Assembly (NCBI RefSeq): GCF_018350175.1 | Contig: NC_058368.1 | Span: forward strand, 50,035,815 to 50,099,814 | Direction of reading: 5' to 3' | DNA from: Felis catus | Lineage: Eukaryota | DNA: 64,000 nt | In this document: piece after piece, positions 25,074 to 36,563 of the stretch | Layout of the letters: each line of letters opens with the position of its first letter | Numbering within the stretch: the stretch's first letter is position 1 | Made by a program: the position numbers and the translations under genes | The notes under the pieces: generated by a model | What the model was told of the DNA's origin: nothing | The model's database searches: none | The model's input: only the letters and a program-made list of their open reading frames with translations

Positions 25074-25261
25074 TTTTTTTTTTAATATATGAAATTTATT
25101 GTCAAATTGGTTTCCATACAACACCCAGTGCTCATCCAAAAAGGTGCCCTCCTCAATACCCATCACCCACCCTCCCCTCCCTCCCACCCCCCATCAACCC
25201 TCAGTTTGTTCTCAGTTTTTAACAGTCTCTTATGCTTTGGCTCTCTCCCACTCTAACCTCT
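25074..25261 (-). mobile_element. Young felid-type L1 3' stub
   Basis: tttattgtcaaattggtttccatacaacacccagtgctcatcc...; TSD aattttcaaaattttt at 25063-25078 and 25262-25277. Confidence 0.9.
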
Positions 25262-25393
25262 AATTTTCAAAATTTTTAATATGAACTTTAGATCGAGTTA
25301 AAAGTTCAGGAACAAATCTGTAAGGATAGTGTCTTTTTTCATAGTATAGTAATTTTTCCTTATATATTTTGGATATTTGGAAGTAGTCATTTA

Positions 25394-25620
25394 TTTTTTT
25401 TAAAGCATTTTTTTTTTTTTTACTGTTTATTCATTTTTGAGAGACAGAGACAGAGCGAGTGGGGGAGGGGCAGAGAGAGAGGGAGACACAGAATCTGAAG
25501 AAGGCTCCAGGCTCTGAGCTGTCAGCACAGAGCTCGATGCAGGGCTTGAACTCATGAACTGTGAGATCATGACCTGAGCTGAAGTCGGATACTTAACTAA
25601 CTGAGCCACCCAGTCACCTC
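25394..25620 (-). mobile_element. Can-SINE
   Basis: TSD tggaagtagtcattta on both sides. Confidence 0.95.
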
Positions 25621-27640
25621 TGGAAGTAGTCATTTAGATATTTTGTAAACTTAGTATGATCACATTTACTTTTGGATCGTTATTTTTATAAATTATTTTA
25701 TTTTATTTATTTTATATTTTTATTACTGTATTAAATAAAATTTTATTCCGAATGTATTAAATAACTTGATGAGAGTTCTGATTCAGAGGCAATTTGTATC
25801 TACTTTGCCTATATTTTATATGTTCTATAGCTATTCAGTGTTGGAAGTTAGAAACCAGAAGTCAGTATGGTAGGGATTTCTGTAAGTGTTGATCGTTACT
25901 CAACCCTATGTATGATTTTATTTTAAGATTCTATTTTCTATGTAATGAAAAGTGAGGATGTTTAGATTAAAAAATCATAAAATATTGGAATTTTTTTCCC
26001 AATAATGTTTGGTATAAAAATATTCTAATGTGTTTCTGTCTTAGTTTGGAGTCAAAACTTAAAAAACTTTTTTTAGGTTGGAAATTTTTTTGTTATTGAT
26101 ATAAGCCATGCTTATAGTTTACAGTGAAATACATTTTTAAAATTGACAATAAACTGGTTTATATTTAGAAGATGGATATTACTGTGAATAATTTGTGATT
26201 TTTATTTTTCAAAATGAGATTTCCCCAGTGTCTTAATTCTTTTATGTGTCAGGATTTAGAAACTTCAAAAAGTAGAAATCCTCCTAAGGTGTTCACAATT
26301 CTGCTGTTAATTCTAGAGTGAGACGGTTAATATTCTTGATGACCTAAGAAAGTGTAAAATTGTTGATGCTTCCCTCTGACTTTACTGGCCAGCATTCCCC
26401 GCTGATGGAAAGGAAGTAGACTTGCTTTTTCTCCCCTCTTCCTATTCATTCACTGAGTGGTCTGGAGTTAAGAGAGGACTCACATGTAAGATATTTTACT
26501 CACCATTCCTGGGGACTGTACCTTTCTGTAGCTGCCCTCCTTGACAAACAAGTGGTGACATTTATCAGCCTGCTGCAGGTTTCTCAATTTTTCTTACTTA
26601 TTTTTCATTACTTATTTTGTAACTTATGTGAAAAACAGCCAATCGGAGCACTCTTATTTCTCTGTGGGAATTAGGCCTTCGTAGTTCCTCATATATCATC
26701 CAGGAATGTGTTCCTGGTGACTCAACATGGTTACTAGGTATTTTGATAGCTGTTTCTTCATCATTGGAAATGATTCCTGTCATTCATCACTTTCTTCCTT
26801 TTCTTCACTTTATTTGAACCCTAATAGGTCCAAAATTCTCAGTCTTTAGAACTGAAATTCTATTATAAAGGAGACCCTCCTAATCATTTTAATGTTGAGA
26901 AATGAGTTGAGTAGCTTGTTTATAGCCTAACAGACCAGGTTGTTACTTCTGTATTTACAATTTGGGGGAATGACGGACTTTATTTCTTTATGAGATCTGT
27001 AACCATTAAGGATCATGTATTTGTGTTGAATGTGTACATAAAATTCTGGGCCTTAATTCTGGGTTAAAGAGATGAGTAACCCCCGTTATATTTCTTGGTT
27101 TAGTTGTCTGATAATGCCATGATTCAGGGAGGCAGAGGGAGCTATGGGAGAGGAGAGAAGGAACATGAAAATCAAACTGTATCAGAAAGTTTAGGAAATG
27201 CTTTCTGAAGAAGCAATATTCAAAGTCTTGGGAATGAGTAGGTGCTAGCTGGGAAATCTGGAACTGAAAGACTTTTCTTCTAAGGAGAGGTGCAGAGCAC
27301 AAAGAAAGTGGTGTGCTCAGGGAATTGCCAGAAGCTTGGGCTAGCTGAACCTTTCACGGGCAGCTGGGCGCCGGAGGGAGTCCTGTAAAGCAGCAGTTCT
27401 CAAGGTGTGCTCTCTGAGAACCCTGTAGGCCCCTGAGGTCCCTTTTTGGAAGGTCTACAAGTTCAAAACTATTTTTAAAATTATACTAAGATTTCATTTG
27501 CCTTTTCCTCTGGATTCTCTTGAGAACATGCTAAGAATTTTAGAGGCGACATGATACATGATGACATCATTGCTATCATGGTTAATGGGATATGTACTTA
27601 TGGATTCTTTTATCTGAAAAATTTCTCACTTTAAGTTTCC

Positions 27641-27867
27641 TTTTTTTTTAATTTAAATTTTTTAAATGTTTATTTATTTTTGAGAGACAGAGAGAGACAG
27701 AGTGTGAGTGGGGAAGAGGTAGAGAGAGGGAGACACAGAATCCGAAGCAGGCTCCAGGGTCTGAGCTGTCAGCACAGAGCCCGACGCGGGACTCGAACTC
27801 ACGGACCGTGAGATCATGACCTGAGCCGAAGTGGGACGCTTAACCGACTGAGCCACCCAGGTGCCTC
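27641..27867 (-). mobile_element. Can-SINE
   Basis: CpG-rich full-length copy. Confidence 0.95.
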
Positions 27868-27930
27868 TAAATTTCTTTCCTTTTTAAAAAAAGCTTTTTA
27901 AAAAGATTTTATATGTATTTTTAAATCTAG

Positions 27931-28138
27931 TTTTTTAAACATTTATTGATTTTTGAGAGACAGAGACACAGCACGAGCAGGGGAGAGGCAGAGAGAGAGG
28001 GAGACAGAGAATCAGAAGCAGGCTCCAGGCTCTGAGCTGTCAGCACAGACCCTGACGCAGGGCTCAAACTTATGGACTGTGAGATCATGACTTGAGCTGA
28101 AGTCAGACGCTTAACCAACTGAGCTACCCAGGCACCCC
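27931..28138 (-). mobile_element. Can-SINE
   Basis: Full-length antisense copy. Confidence 0.95.
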
Positions 28139-28148
28139 ACTTATATAT

Positions 28149-28168
28149 TTGTTTTCAAGTTTATTTAT

Positions 28169-28200
<32 letters not shown>

Positions 28201-28332
28201 TCCCAAGCAGGCTCTGTGCTGCTGTCAGTGCAGAGCCAGACTGGGGGCTCGATCCCACAAACTGAGAGATCATGACCTGAGCTAAAATCAAGAGTCAGAC
28301 GCTCAGTTGGCTGAGCCACCCAGGTGTGCCCC
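28149..28332 (-). mobile_element. Can-SINE
   Basis: Antisense copy of the aatcaagagtcag-type subfamily. Confidence 0.9.
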
Positions 28333-28334
28333 AA

Positions 28335-28436
28335 TTTTATTTTTTAAGCAATCTCTACACCCAACATGGGGCTCAAACTCACAACCTCGAGGTCGAGAGT
28401 TGCACACTCCCACCTACTAAGCCAGCCAGGTGCCCC
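28335..28436 (-). mobile_element. Short older-type Can-SINE
   Basis: ttttaagcaatctctacacccaacatggggctcaaac...gccagccaggtgcccc. Confidence 0.85.
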
Positions 28437-28928
28437 TCCCTTTAAATTTGTAAAACAGTAAACACTGAGGGATAAGCCTACATAAACAAAGGTTTTTGGG
28501 ACCTTCAATAATTAAGTGTATAAAGGGATCCTGAAACTCAGAACTCTTAGAATGTTGTTCTAAAGACTTTGGATTTTATCTTGAGTGTAGTAGGGGGTCG
28601 TTGAATGACTTTTGCAAGAGGTTGATATAATCTGTATTCTTAGCATGACTTGTGATGTGAAACACAGTGTATAGGGGCCAGAGAGACTAGGTAAACAACT
28701 ATTGCTGCAATTCTGGAGAGACATGAGGGCTCAAGCCACTTTTTTTTTTTTTGAGATAGATATGGTATGGTGCAGATATACCTAAATGAGGTAGAATCAG
28801 TAGTCCTGAGAGCAGGTGAATATGAGGAAGAAGTCCAGCTCACTCCGGGTTTTTGATGTGGGATGCTGGCAGCCAGTGGTATTATAAGCTGAGTGGACTC
28901 ATTATTTTCGTTCAGCATTTTAAAGGTA

Positions 28929-28929
<1 letters not shown>

Positions 28930-28977
<48 letters not shown>

Positions 28978-28990
28978 CGCGCGTGTGTGT
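28930..28990. repeat. (TG)n(CG)n alternating purine-pyrimidine tract
   Basis: Direct reading. Confidence 0.95.
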
Positions 28991-29249
28991 CTGCCCACCC
29001 CTCTGACCTTGCAAAGATGAATAAATAAATGAATGCACTAATGTCCCACTGTCTTCTGGCTTTCATTGCCCCTGATGAGAAGTAACTTGTAATTGAAATC
29101 AGTGTACTCCTCCATGTGAGGTCTCCTTTCTTCTCTGCTTTCAAGATGTTCTGGTTCTATTTAGTTTTAGCAGTTTGGCTCTGATGTGCCCATGTGGCAT
29201 GTTCTTTGTACCTATCCTGCTTGGGGTTCGCTTATCTTCTTGAATTGCT

Positions 29250-29692
29250 TTGGTTGGTAAGCCTCCTGGAAGCTTCCCTGGAGTAATCTGAAATTGGTCC
29301 CTATATTCAGAGGGCAGGGAGGGGCCAAAGAAAGAGGCCACCTCCAGGTTAGTAGGGGGTAGTCTCAATAAGCACAGAGAGCTTATATGTGAGTCTTGTA
29401 CAGGGCAGCAGCAAGACGAGTGGATCCGTGCATCCATCTCCCAAATTGTAAAGGCCTCTTCAGAGGCCCTAACTGGGTTCAGCCATGTACACTGTGCAGG
29501 TTTTCTTAACACCAAATCACAATCTCAAGACTGTACCCTTGGAGCAGTCTCTGGGAGCAGGAAAGGCAAGCAGCAGCCACATTCCAAGGACAAGGGAGGG
29601 GCTGAGGAGCCTCTGAGTGCCCAGGTCCAGCTCATGGGTCACTTGGTGGTCAGGTCTTTTAAAAGATCTTTTTTTTGATGTTTATTTACTTT

Positions 29693-29736
<44 letters not shown>

Positions 29737-29960
29737 AGGGAGAGAGGGAGAGACAGTGTGAGCGCAGGGGAGGGGCAGAGAGGGAGGGAGACAACAAAAT
29801 CCTAAGTAGGTTCTGGGCTCCCAACTATAAGCACAGAGCCTGACCCGGGGCTCAAACCCACAAACCTTGAGATCATGACTTGAGCCAAAGTCAGACACTT
29901 AACTGACTGAGCCACCCAGGTGCCCTGGTGGTCCCCTCTTTCTGATGCACTCTTCAGCAA
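29250..29960. mobile_element. Putative solo LTR
   Basis: GC-richer block of ~450 bp (excluding the SINE) that interrupts the L1 and ends in ttcagca; no TSD resolved. Confidence 0.5.
29668..29925 (-). mobile_element. Can-SINE inside the putative LTR
   Basis: Full copy; degenerate TSD tggtggtc. Confidence 0.95.
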
Positions 29961-31065
29961 TCACTAAATGCCTTTCCCAATTTTTGAGGCATTCCCATTA
30001 TCTTGTCAAATGATTTTTCTGCTCCATTCTCTCTCTCCCTTTTTCTGGGAACTCAATCGCAATTGTTACCCAGTTGTGTTAGACATTTTAATGTTACCCC
30101 ACGGATGCCTATAAATCACTTTGCAATCTTTCATCTTTCTGTTCTCTAGATTGAGTAACTTTTATTGATGTGTCTCTAATATGTCTTCGGTATCTTCAAA
30201 GAGTTCACTGACTTCTCTTTGTCATCTCCACTCTGCTGCAGATCCCACCCAGTGAAATCTTTATCTCAGATACTTTATTTTCGGTCCCTGAATTTTCATT
30301 TGGCTCATTTAACATCATTGTTACTCAGTTTCATAGTTTATATTTCTCTGCTGAGTTTTTCTTTCAGGATTATGAGCATTTTTGCTTTCTATGCCCGAAT
30401 GTTGGAATGAGAGCTGCTTCAGAATACTTGCTTGCTAATTAAAACATCTGGAACATCTTGGAGTCTCCCTTGACTGTCTTTTCCCTTGTGAATAAGCCCC
30501 CTGTTGCATGGTTCTTTTATGTCAAGTAATTTGGATTGTATCCTGGACATTATAAATAAATTTTGGGTACTCTCAATTATGTTATATTTTGCCAAAAAAT
30601 GTTTGTTGTTGTTGTTGTTAAACCAGGCACTAATTCGGCTGCAAATTCAGTTTTCCCGCAGTGATGGCAACTTAAATCTTTGTTCTCGCCATAGCTGCGG
30701 TGCTTGGAGTCAACTGGTAATCTGTGGTCAGAGGCCATGTAGAGATTTGATATTTGTTCTCTCTAGCCCTCTCTTGCCTGGCATTTTGTTTCATTTACCA
30801 GTGACTGCCGTTGCCCTGGACTCTGTTCTCTAGTTCTGAAGCCCAATGAGACTGTGGGTTTTGTACCAGAATTTTTGGCACTTGCATGGTATGTACTGGG
30901 CCTTTCTTCGGGCTATAAATCCTAAAAACTGAAAATTCATTTAGTGCAGCTCCCTCTTTCAGTTGACTGAAGTCAACTCACCTTCAGTAATTGCCTTTTT
31001 CATCTGCTCTCCAGTGCATTCTGAACTGTTTTTTTTTGTTTTTTTTTTTAATATTTATTATTCTT

Positions 31066-31277
31066 GGGGCACTTGGGTGGCTCAGTCACTTAAGCATCTG
31101 GCTTTGGCTCAGGTCATGATCTCAAGGTTTGTTGGTTCGAGCCGTGTCGGGCTCTGTCCTAACAGCTCAGAGCCTGGAGCCTGCTTCAGATTCTGTGTCT
31201 CCCTCTCTCTCTGCCCCTCCCCACTCACTCTCTCTGTCTCTCTCTCTCTCTCAAAAAAAAAAAAAACATTAAAAAAA
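31066..31277 (+). mobile_element. Can-SINE
   Basis: Head, CT tract, polyA. Confidence 0.95.
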
Positions 31278-31730
31278 TTTAAATATATATTAGTCTTGAA
31301 TTTATATTTCTTTGTATGTGGGAGAGTTGGTCTGATAGGAGCTACTTGGCCATCCCAGAAGTGGAATCATATTGTGTTGGCATTCTTAGTGAGAGATTAT
31401 AGAAAGACAACCTAATTCACTGAATTTAATTTTGGCCATGTTGAGTATGATGTTAGCCAAAGTGGAGTTATCCACCAAGTGGTAGTTATGGAGGCATGAA
31501 TCTTAGAAGTGTAGTTCGGTCTGCAGATACAGATTTAGAACTTCTAAGCACACTGATATGACTGAGGTCATGAGAATAGATGAGCAAGAGGGAGTGTTTT
31601 GAATGAGAGGCTCAACCTGAATTCATAACCATGTTTAAGAGGTAGGCGCAGGAAGAGGACCGCAGGAAGGAGGTTAAAAATGTAAATGGAGTAATTTGTA
31701 AAGAAAAGTTGCAAAAACTGAGCAAGTGGT

Positions 31731-31900
31731 CAGCGGTTCTTAACCTGGAATCTGTTGACTGAGTTGGTTTACGATGAAGTTTCAGGAGGTTTCTGGATTC
31801 TCTGCACAGTGTATGTGTGTATGAATCTTCCGGAGAGAAATTCTGTAGCATTCATCAGATTTCCAAAAAGGTCTGTGACCCACAAATAGTTAAACATTGA
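31731..31900 (+). mobile_element. Short hAT-Charlie element (Charlie4z-like)
   Basis: cagcggttcttaacct...ttcatcagatttccaaaaaggtctgtgacccac...gttaa. Confidence 0.6.
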
Positions 31901-32911
31901 AATGAACAGTATCAAAGTTCAGAAAAATGAGTGGAAGCCACTAGTGGCTTCATTATAGCAATTTCAGAGTGAAGGTGGAAAACAAAGTGGAGTACACCGT
32001 GAAGTAAATCGGAGATGCAGAGGTGGTGATACGGAGTGTAGAATTCTCTTTCAGGAAGTCTGGATGATAAGGTGAGGAGAGATTACACGATAGAGGGGAA
32101 TAAGATTAAGAAAAGCGTAGCAATGCCCAGGCTGGCCTCATCTGTCACAGGCCACTTGCCATACTAACCCTTTGGTGCTTATGTACTCAGCTCTTTAGTT
32201 TGTGAAAGCTGTGCTGTTGTGAAAACGAGAGACCACTTGTGTGGGCTGGCATGCACGCGTTCACAGCTTTGGATCCCGAAGAGGTTATGAGCTCCATGAC
32301 AACAAGGACTTATTTTTTCTGTATTTTGGGTGTTCTTTCCCTATACCACTTTTTATTATACTCTGCTTAAAGACTTAATGTGCTTCACTGGCACAGGTTT
32401 CAGGATATGGGATAGGGCCACGATCTGGTGGAAAGGGTTGTCTGTGCCAAGGGTGTAGAGAACGTCTCTGGTACAAGGTTTCCCTTACAGCTCTGCCTGG
32501 ATATTCTCAGGTCCCTGGAGAGATTGCAGACTGCTGTACATTGTAGGCTTGGCTTCCTAAAGTTTACCCATTTAGAGGCCCTTAGAACAGGGAAAGACCT
32601 TGACACTTTGTCTAGGAGAGGTAGGGAAAATATGGAATATATACAGTCCCCACCTCTTTTGGGGGCTCACTTCTTAATAGGACAGAAGTGTCGATTAGAT
32701 GGGGAAACACTTGGCTGAACTAATATGGAAATCAGAAAGGTAGCCTGAAGTAGGGAAATTGAGATTTAATAGCTTTAGGCACTCATCCTGATGGCCTTAA
32801 GTTAAGAGACAGCTGCAAAATAACTACTGTGGCTCATTTCTGTTACTTCATTTTCTGCTATCCTGCTTCCCAGGGTCTTGCCCACACCCAATTCACCATG
32901 GATTCTTCTTC

Positions 32912-33137
32912 TTTTTAAAATTTTTTAGTTTTAATTTTTTTAAATGTTTATTTTTGAGATAGAGTGTGTGCAAGCCAGGGAGAGGAGACAGAGGGGGGGG
33001 GGGGGGGGGACAGAGGATCCAAAGCAGGCCCTGTGCTGACAGCAGAGAGCCAGATGTGGGGCTCAGACTCACAAACTGTGAGCTTATGACCTGAACCAAA
33101 GTTGAATGCTTAACAAACTGAGTCACCCAGGCACCCC
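32912..33137 (-). mobile_element. Can-SINE with G17 run
   Basis: Antisense copy; GA tract replaced by poly-G. Confidence 0.9.
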
Positions 33138-33156
33138 ATTCTTCCTTTCTTAAAAA

Positions 33157-33369
33157 ATTTTTTTTTTAATTTATTTTTGAAGAGAGAGAGAATGAGTGAG
33201 CATGAGTGGGGGAAGGGCAGAGAGCAGGGGAGAGAGAGAATCCCAAGCAGGCTCCGCACTCAGCCTGGAGCCCAACAGGGGGCTCAGACTCACTCGTGAA
33301 CCGTGAGATTATGACCTGAGCCAACATGAAGAGTCAAATGCTTAAACTACTGAGCCACCCAGGTGTCCC
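33157..33369 (-). mobile_element. Can-SINE
   Basis: Antisense copy. Confidence 0.9.
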
Positions 33370-33484
33370 ATTATCCTTCTAGCCCGAATGAAGCTCTCAA
33401 GTGTCATTCTGCTTCTCTTAAATGCAAGCTAATCCTCCACCAACATTCAATTATAGTAGAAAGTTGTTAAAAAATAAATCTCTA

Positions 33485-33700
33485 GGGGCACCTGGGTGTT
33501 TCAGTCGTTTAAGTGTCCGACTTCAGCCCTGGTCATGATCTCATGGTTCCTGAGTTTGAGCCCCATGTCAGGCTCTGTGCTGACAGCTCAGAGAGTGGAG
33601 CCTACTTCAGATTCTGTGTCTCCCTCTCTCTGTCCCTGCCCCACCCGCACTCTATCTCTTTCTCAAAAAAAAAATAAACACACACAAAAAATTAAAAAAA
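33485..33700 (+). mobile_element. Can-SINE
   Basis: TSD aaaaaataaatctctag. Confidence 0.95.
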
Positions 33701-34089
33701 TAAATCTCTAGTTGCCTCCATTTGTGGTAAGAACATTTTGGACCTCACCCTTTTTAGGCACTCTTTCTTTCTAAGGAGTGAAATATATCATAATCAGCTT
33801 TGGTGTTCTGGTCCCACAGCCAGCCTCCTGCCTTCCTCACCTCTGTGAAAACTCTGTCTCACCTTGAGTTGCCACTGTTTGGTGGGAGCATGCAGTTCAA
33901 CTCCACATAGTAAATGAAAAAGAAAACCAAATGCTTCTGAGAAATAGAAGTACTTTAGATAGCCTGCAAATTTCATATATGACTTAATTTTTAGGTATAC
34001 AAATGGAAACATATACACTCAACAGTTTTTGGTGCCTAACAACACAGCTTGGCTACACTTGTACATTGGCACAAAAGGTTAAAAAAATT

Positions 34090-34870
34090 CTTTACAGTTG
34101 CAAAATCTAGTATTTGTCATTATTGTATTCCATTGACTGGAATTTATTTAGCCTGTCCTCTTTTGATAGATACTGAAGTTTCTTCTGATATTTGTAATTA
34201 TAAGCAATGCTTCAGTGACTAAGATTGGGCCTAGGTCGTTTTGCATAATTGTAGGATTGTTCCCAGCTGCTGAATGTTGGTTTTCCTTTCTAGAGGGTCA
34301 GTTTACACTCCCACTAACTAGGTAGGAGAGGGTCTGTTACACCTGTTGTTATTCTTAGAAAGATGAAGATCAGATCTTGTAGTTTTGATTTTGTATTTAT
34401 CTGATAAGTGAATTTGATCATCTTAATATGTTTAAGGGCAATTTGTGTCTTTTCTATGAACTCCTGATATCTCCTTCCTCCTTTTTTAGGAGCTCTTTAC
34501 TTATTAAGGAATTTGTTTCTTTGTCTAGCATGTGAGCTACAAATATTTGTGTGTGTATGTGGTGGTGGTGGGGGGGGGTGGTTGTGTTTTGATTGTGTTT
34601 TGGTTTTCTATGAAAAGCTCTTTTTTTTTTAATATGTAATTGAGTTAATTCGTCATTTCTTTTATGGTTTCTGAGTTTTATATCACAGGAACTTTTCTCA
34701 TTTCTGGAGCATAAAAATTCTCCCAGTTCTATTTAGCTTATTTTGTGGGCTCATCTTGCATGCTTTAAAATCATTGATTTACTTGGAATTAACTTATATG
34801 TAAGGCATGAGCTATGGATCTAACTTTATTTTTCCCCTCAGATGGCTACTCAGGTGAATTCACTTTTTTA
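34090..34870 (-). mobile_element. Old L1 fragment
   Basis: tttacactcccactaac, gttttgattttgtattt, gtaaggcatgagctatggatctaacttt. Confidence 0.6.
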
Positions 34871-34883
34871 AAAACATGATCTA

Positions 34884-35078
34884 GGGGTGCCTGGGTGGCT
34901 TAGTCAGTTGAGCATCCAACTTTGGCTCAGGTCTTGATTTCATGATTCATGAGTTCAGGCCCCTCGTCCACCTCACTGCTGTGGCATGGAGCCTGCTTTG
35001 GATCCTCTGTCCCCCTCTCTCTGCCCCTCCCCTGCTCACACTCTCTGTCTTTCTCAAAAATAAATAAACATTTAAAAA
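34884..35078 (+). mobile_element. Can-SINE
   Basis: Head, CT tract, A tail. Confidence 0.95.
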
Positions 35079-35202
35079 CTATGATATACCTATGGCAGAC
35101 ATTACCAGTTATCTACTTGATAGCCATTCTTCCCTCTTCATCATCTGAACCCTGATGTTTGTAAGAATGTTAGTAAATCCTGATGAAAAGATTTGTCTTC
35201 TT

Positions 35203-35432
35203 TTTTATTAAAAAAAATTTTTTTTTTCAACGTTTTTATTTATTTTTGGGACAGAGAGAGACAGAGCATGAACGGGGGAGGGGCAGAGAGAGAGGGAGAC
35301 ACACAATCGGAAACAGGCTCCAGGCTCCGAGCCATCAGCCCAGAGGCTGATGCGGGGCTCGAACTCACGGACTGCGAGATCGTGACCTGGCTGAAGTCGG
35401 ACGCTTAACCAACTGTGCCACCCAGGCACCCC
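35203..35432 (-). mobile_element. Young SINEC_Fc-type Can-SINE
   Basis: Perfect 18-bp TSD gaaaagatttgtcttctt at 35185-35202 and 35433-35450. Confidence 0.95.
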
Positions 35433-35985
35433 GAAAAGATTTGTCTTCTTGGATATCTTTGTGCTTAGTGTGGCCTTGCATCATGGAGGACTATGCAGTG
35501 GGACTTCCAGAAGAGCCATTCTCCTTGCTGACAAAGAGGGACAGACTGATGGCATAACCCTTTGGTCTTACCTTTTCTCTCTTTTCCTGTTGGAATGAGG
35601 GCATAAAGGGCAGATGCCCAGCATTCATGGGCCATTAAGGAATTCACTGTGAATTTCACTTTGAGAGAGAATCCTATGGATGCTGTGAGCATCATGGAAA
35701 AATGTAATGGAAATAAAGACACTTGTGGGAAAAGTTCCATTCTCTGGCAGTAGAGGTCAGAGTGCTTCTGTGCATGTGTGCGTGGGCAAACTCAAGGCAG
35801 AGGGTGAAGAACAGTGGAAAAAGACAACTACACAGAACGAAGGACTGAATTCTTAGTTTTTAGTCCTAATATGTTGGCCTTCCTCAAATTCAATTTGAGA
35901 ATTGGGGGATACACAAAACTACTCTGAAATATGATGGCATCTCAGACCAACTATGTTGGTATTCTCACTGGGTTTTTTTCCTGGG

Positions 35986-36220
35986 TTTTTTTTTTGTTTG
36001 TTTGTTTTTAAAGTTCATTTATTGTTTTGAGAAAGAGAGAGCACATGTGTGCACGCACACACAGGGTGTAGGCAGAGAGAGAGGAGGAGAGAGAATCCCA
36101 AGCAGGCTTTGCATGGTCAGTACAGAGCCTGACGTGGGGCTCAATCTCATGACTGTGAGATCATGACCTGAGGTGAAACCAAGAGTCAGATGTTCAACCA
36201 GCTGAGCCACCCAAGCACCC
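35986..36220 (-). mobile_element. Can-SINE
   Basis: Antisense copy. Confidence 0.9.
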
Positions 36221-36352
36221 TGTAGCCTAGGTTTTGAGAGGCAGAGAAAACCCATTCAAAGAAAATGACCTACTGGGTTTCAACATAAGGGCGGTACCTT
36301 GATTAGAGTAGTGGAGTAAGTAGTATGTACTTTTTAAAGAATAGAGATTTAA

Positions 36353-36563
36353 GGGCACCTGGGTGGCTCAGTCGGTTGAGCGTCTGACTTTGGCTCGGGT
36401 CATGATCTTATGGTCTGTGGGTTCAAGCCCCGCGTTGGGCTCTGTGCTGACAGCTCAGAGCCTGGAGCCTGCTTCGGATTCTGTGTCTCCCTCTCTCTCT
36501 GAACCTCCCCCGTTCATGCTCTGTCTCTCTCTGTCTCAAAAATAAATAAACATTTAAAAAAAA
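36353..36563 (+). mobile_element. Can-SINE
   Basis: TSD taaagaatagagattt. Confidence 0.95.

Larger units (their letters stand above)
27392..28557 (+). mobile_element. Charlie1-like hAT transposon split by four SINEs
   Basis: 5' part cagcagttctcaaggtgtg...aaaactatttt...tactaagat...tttgcctttt; 3' part acataaacaaagg...ttcaataatt...aaagggatcctgaaac. Confidence 0.75.
29030..31030 (-). mobile_element. Old L1 ORF1-region fragment interrupted by an LTR and a SINE
   Basis: ccactgtcttctggctttcattg...ttttagcagtttg...ggggttcgc; resumes at ~29960 with attatcttgtcaaatgatttttctgctcc. Confidence 0.7.

Noticed and set aside
30963..31415. Longest ORF (150 aa)
   Set aside because: Chimeric read-through of L1 remnant, poly-T and a SINE
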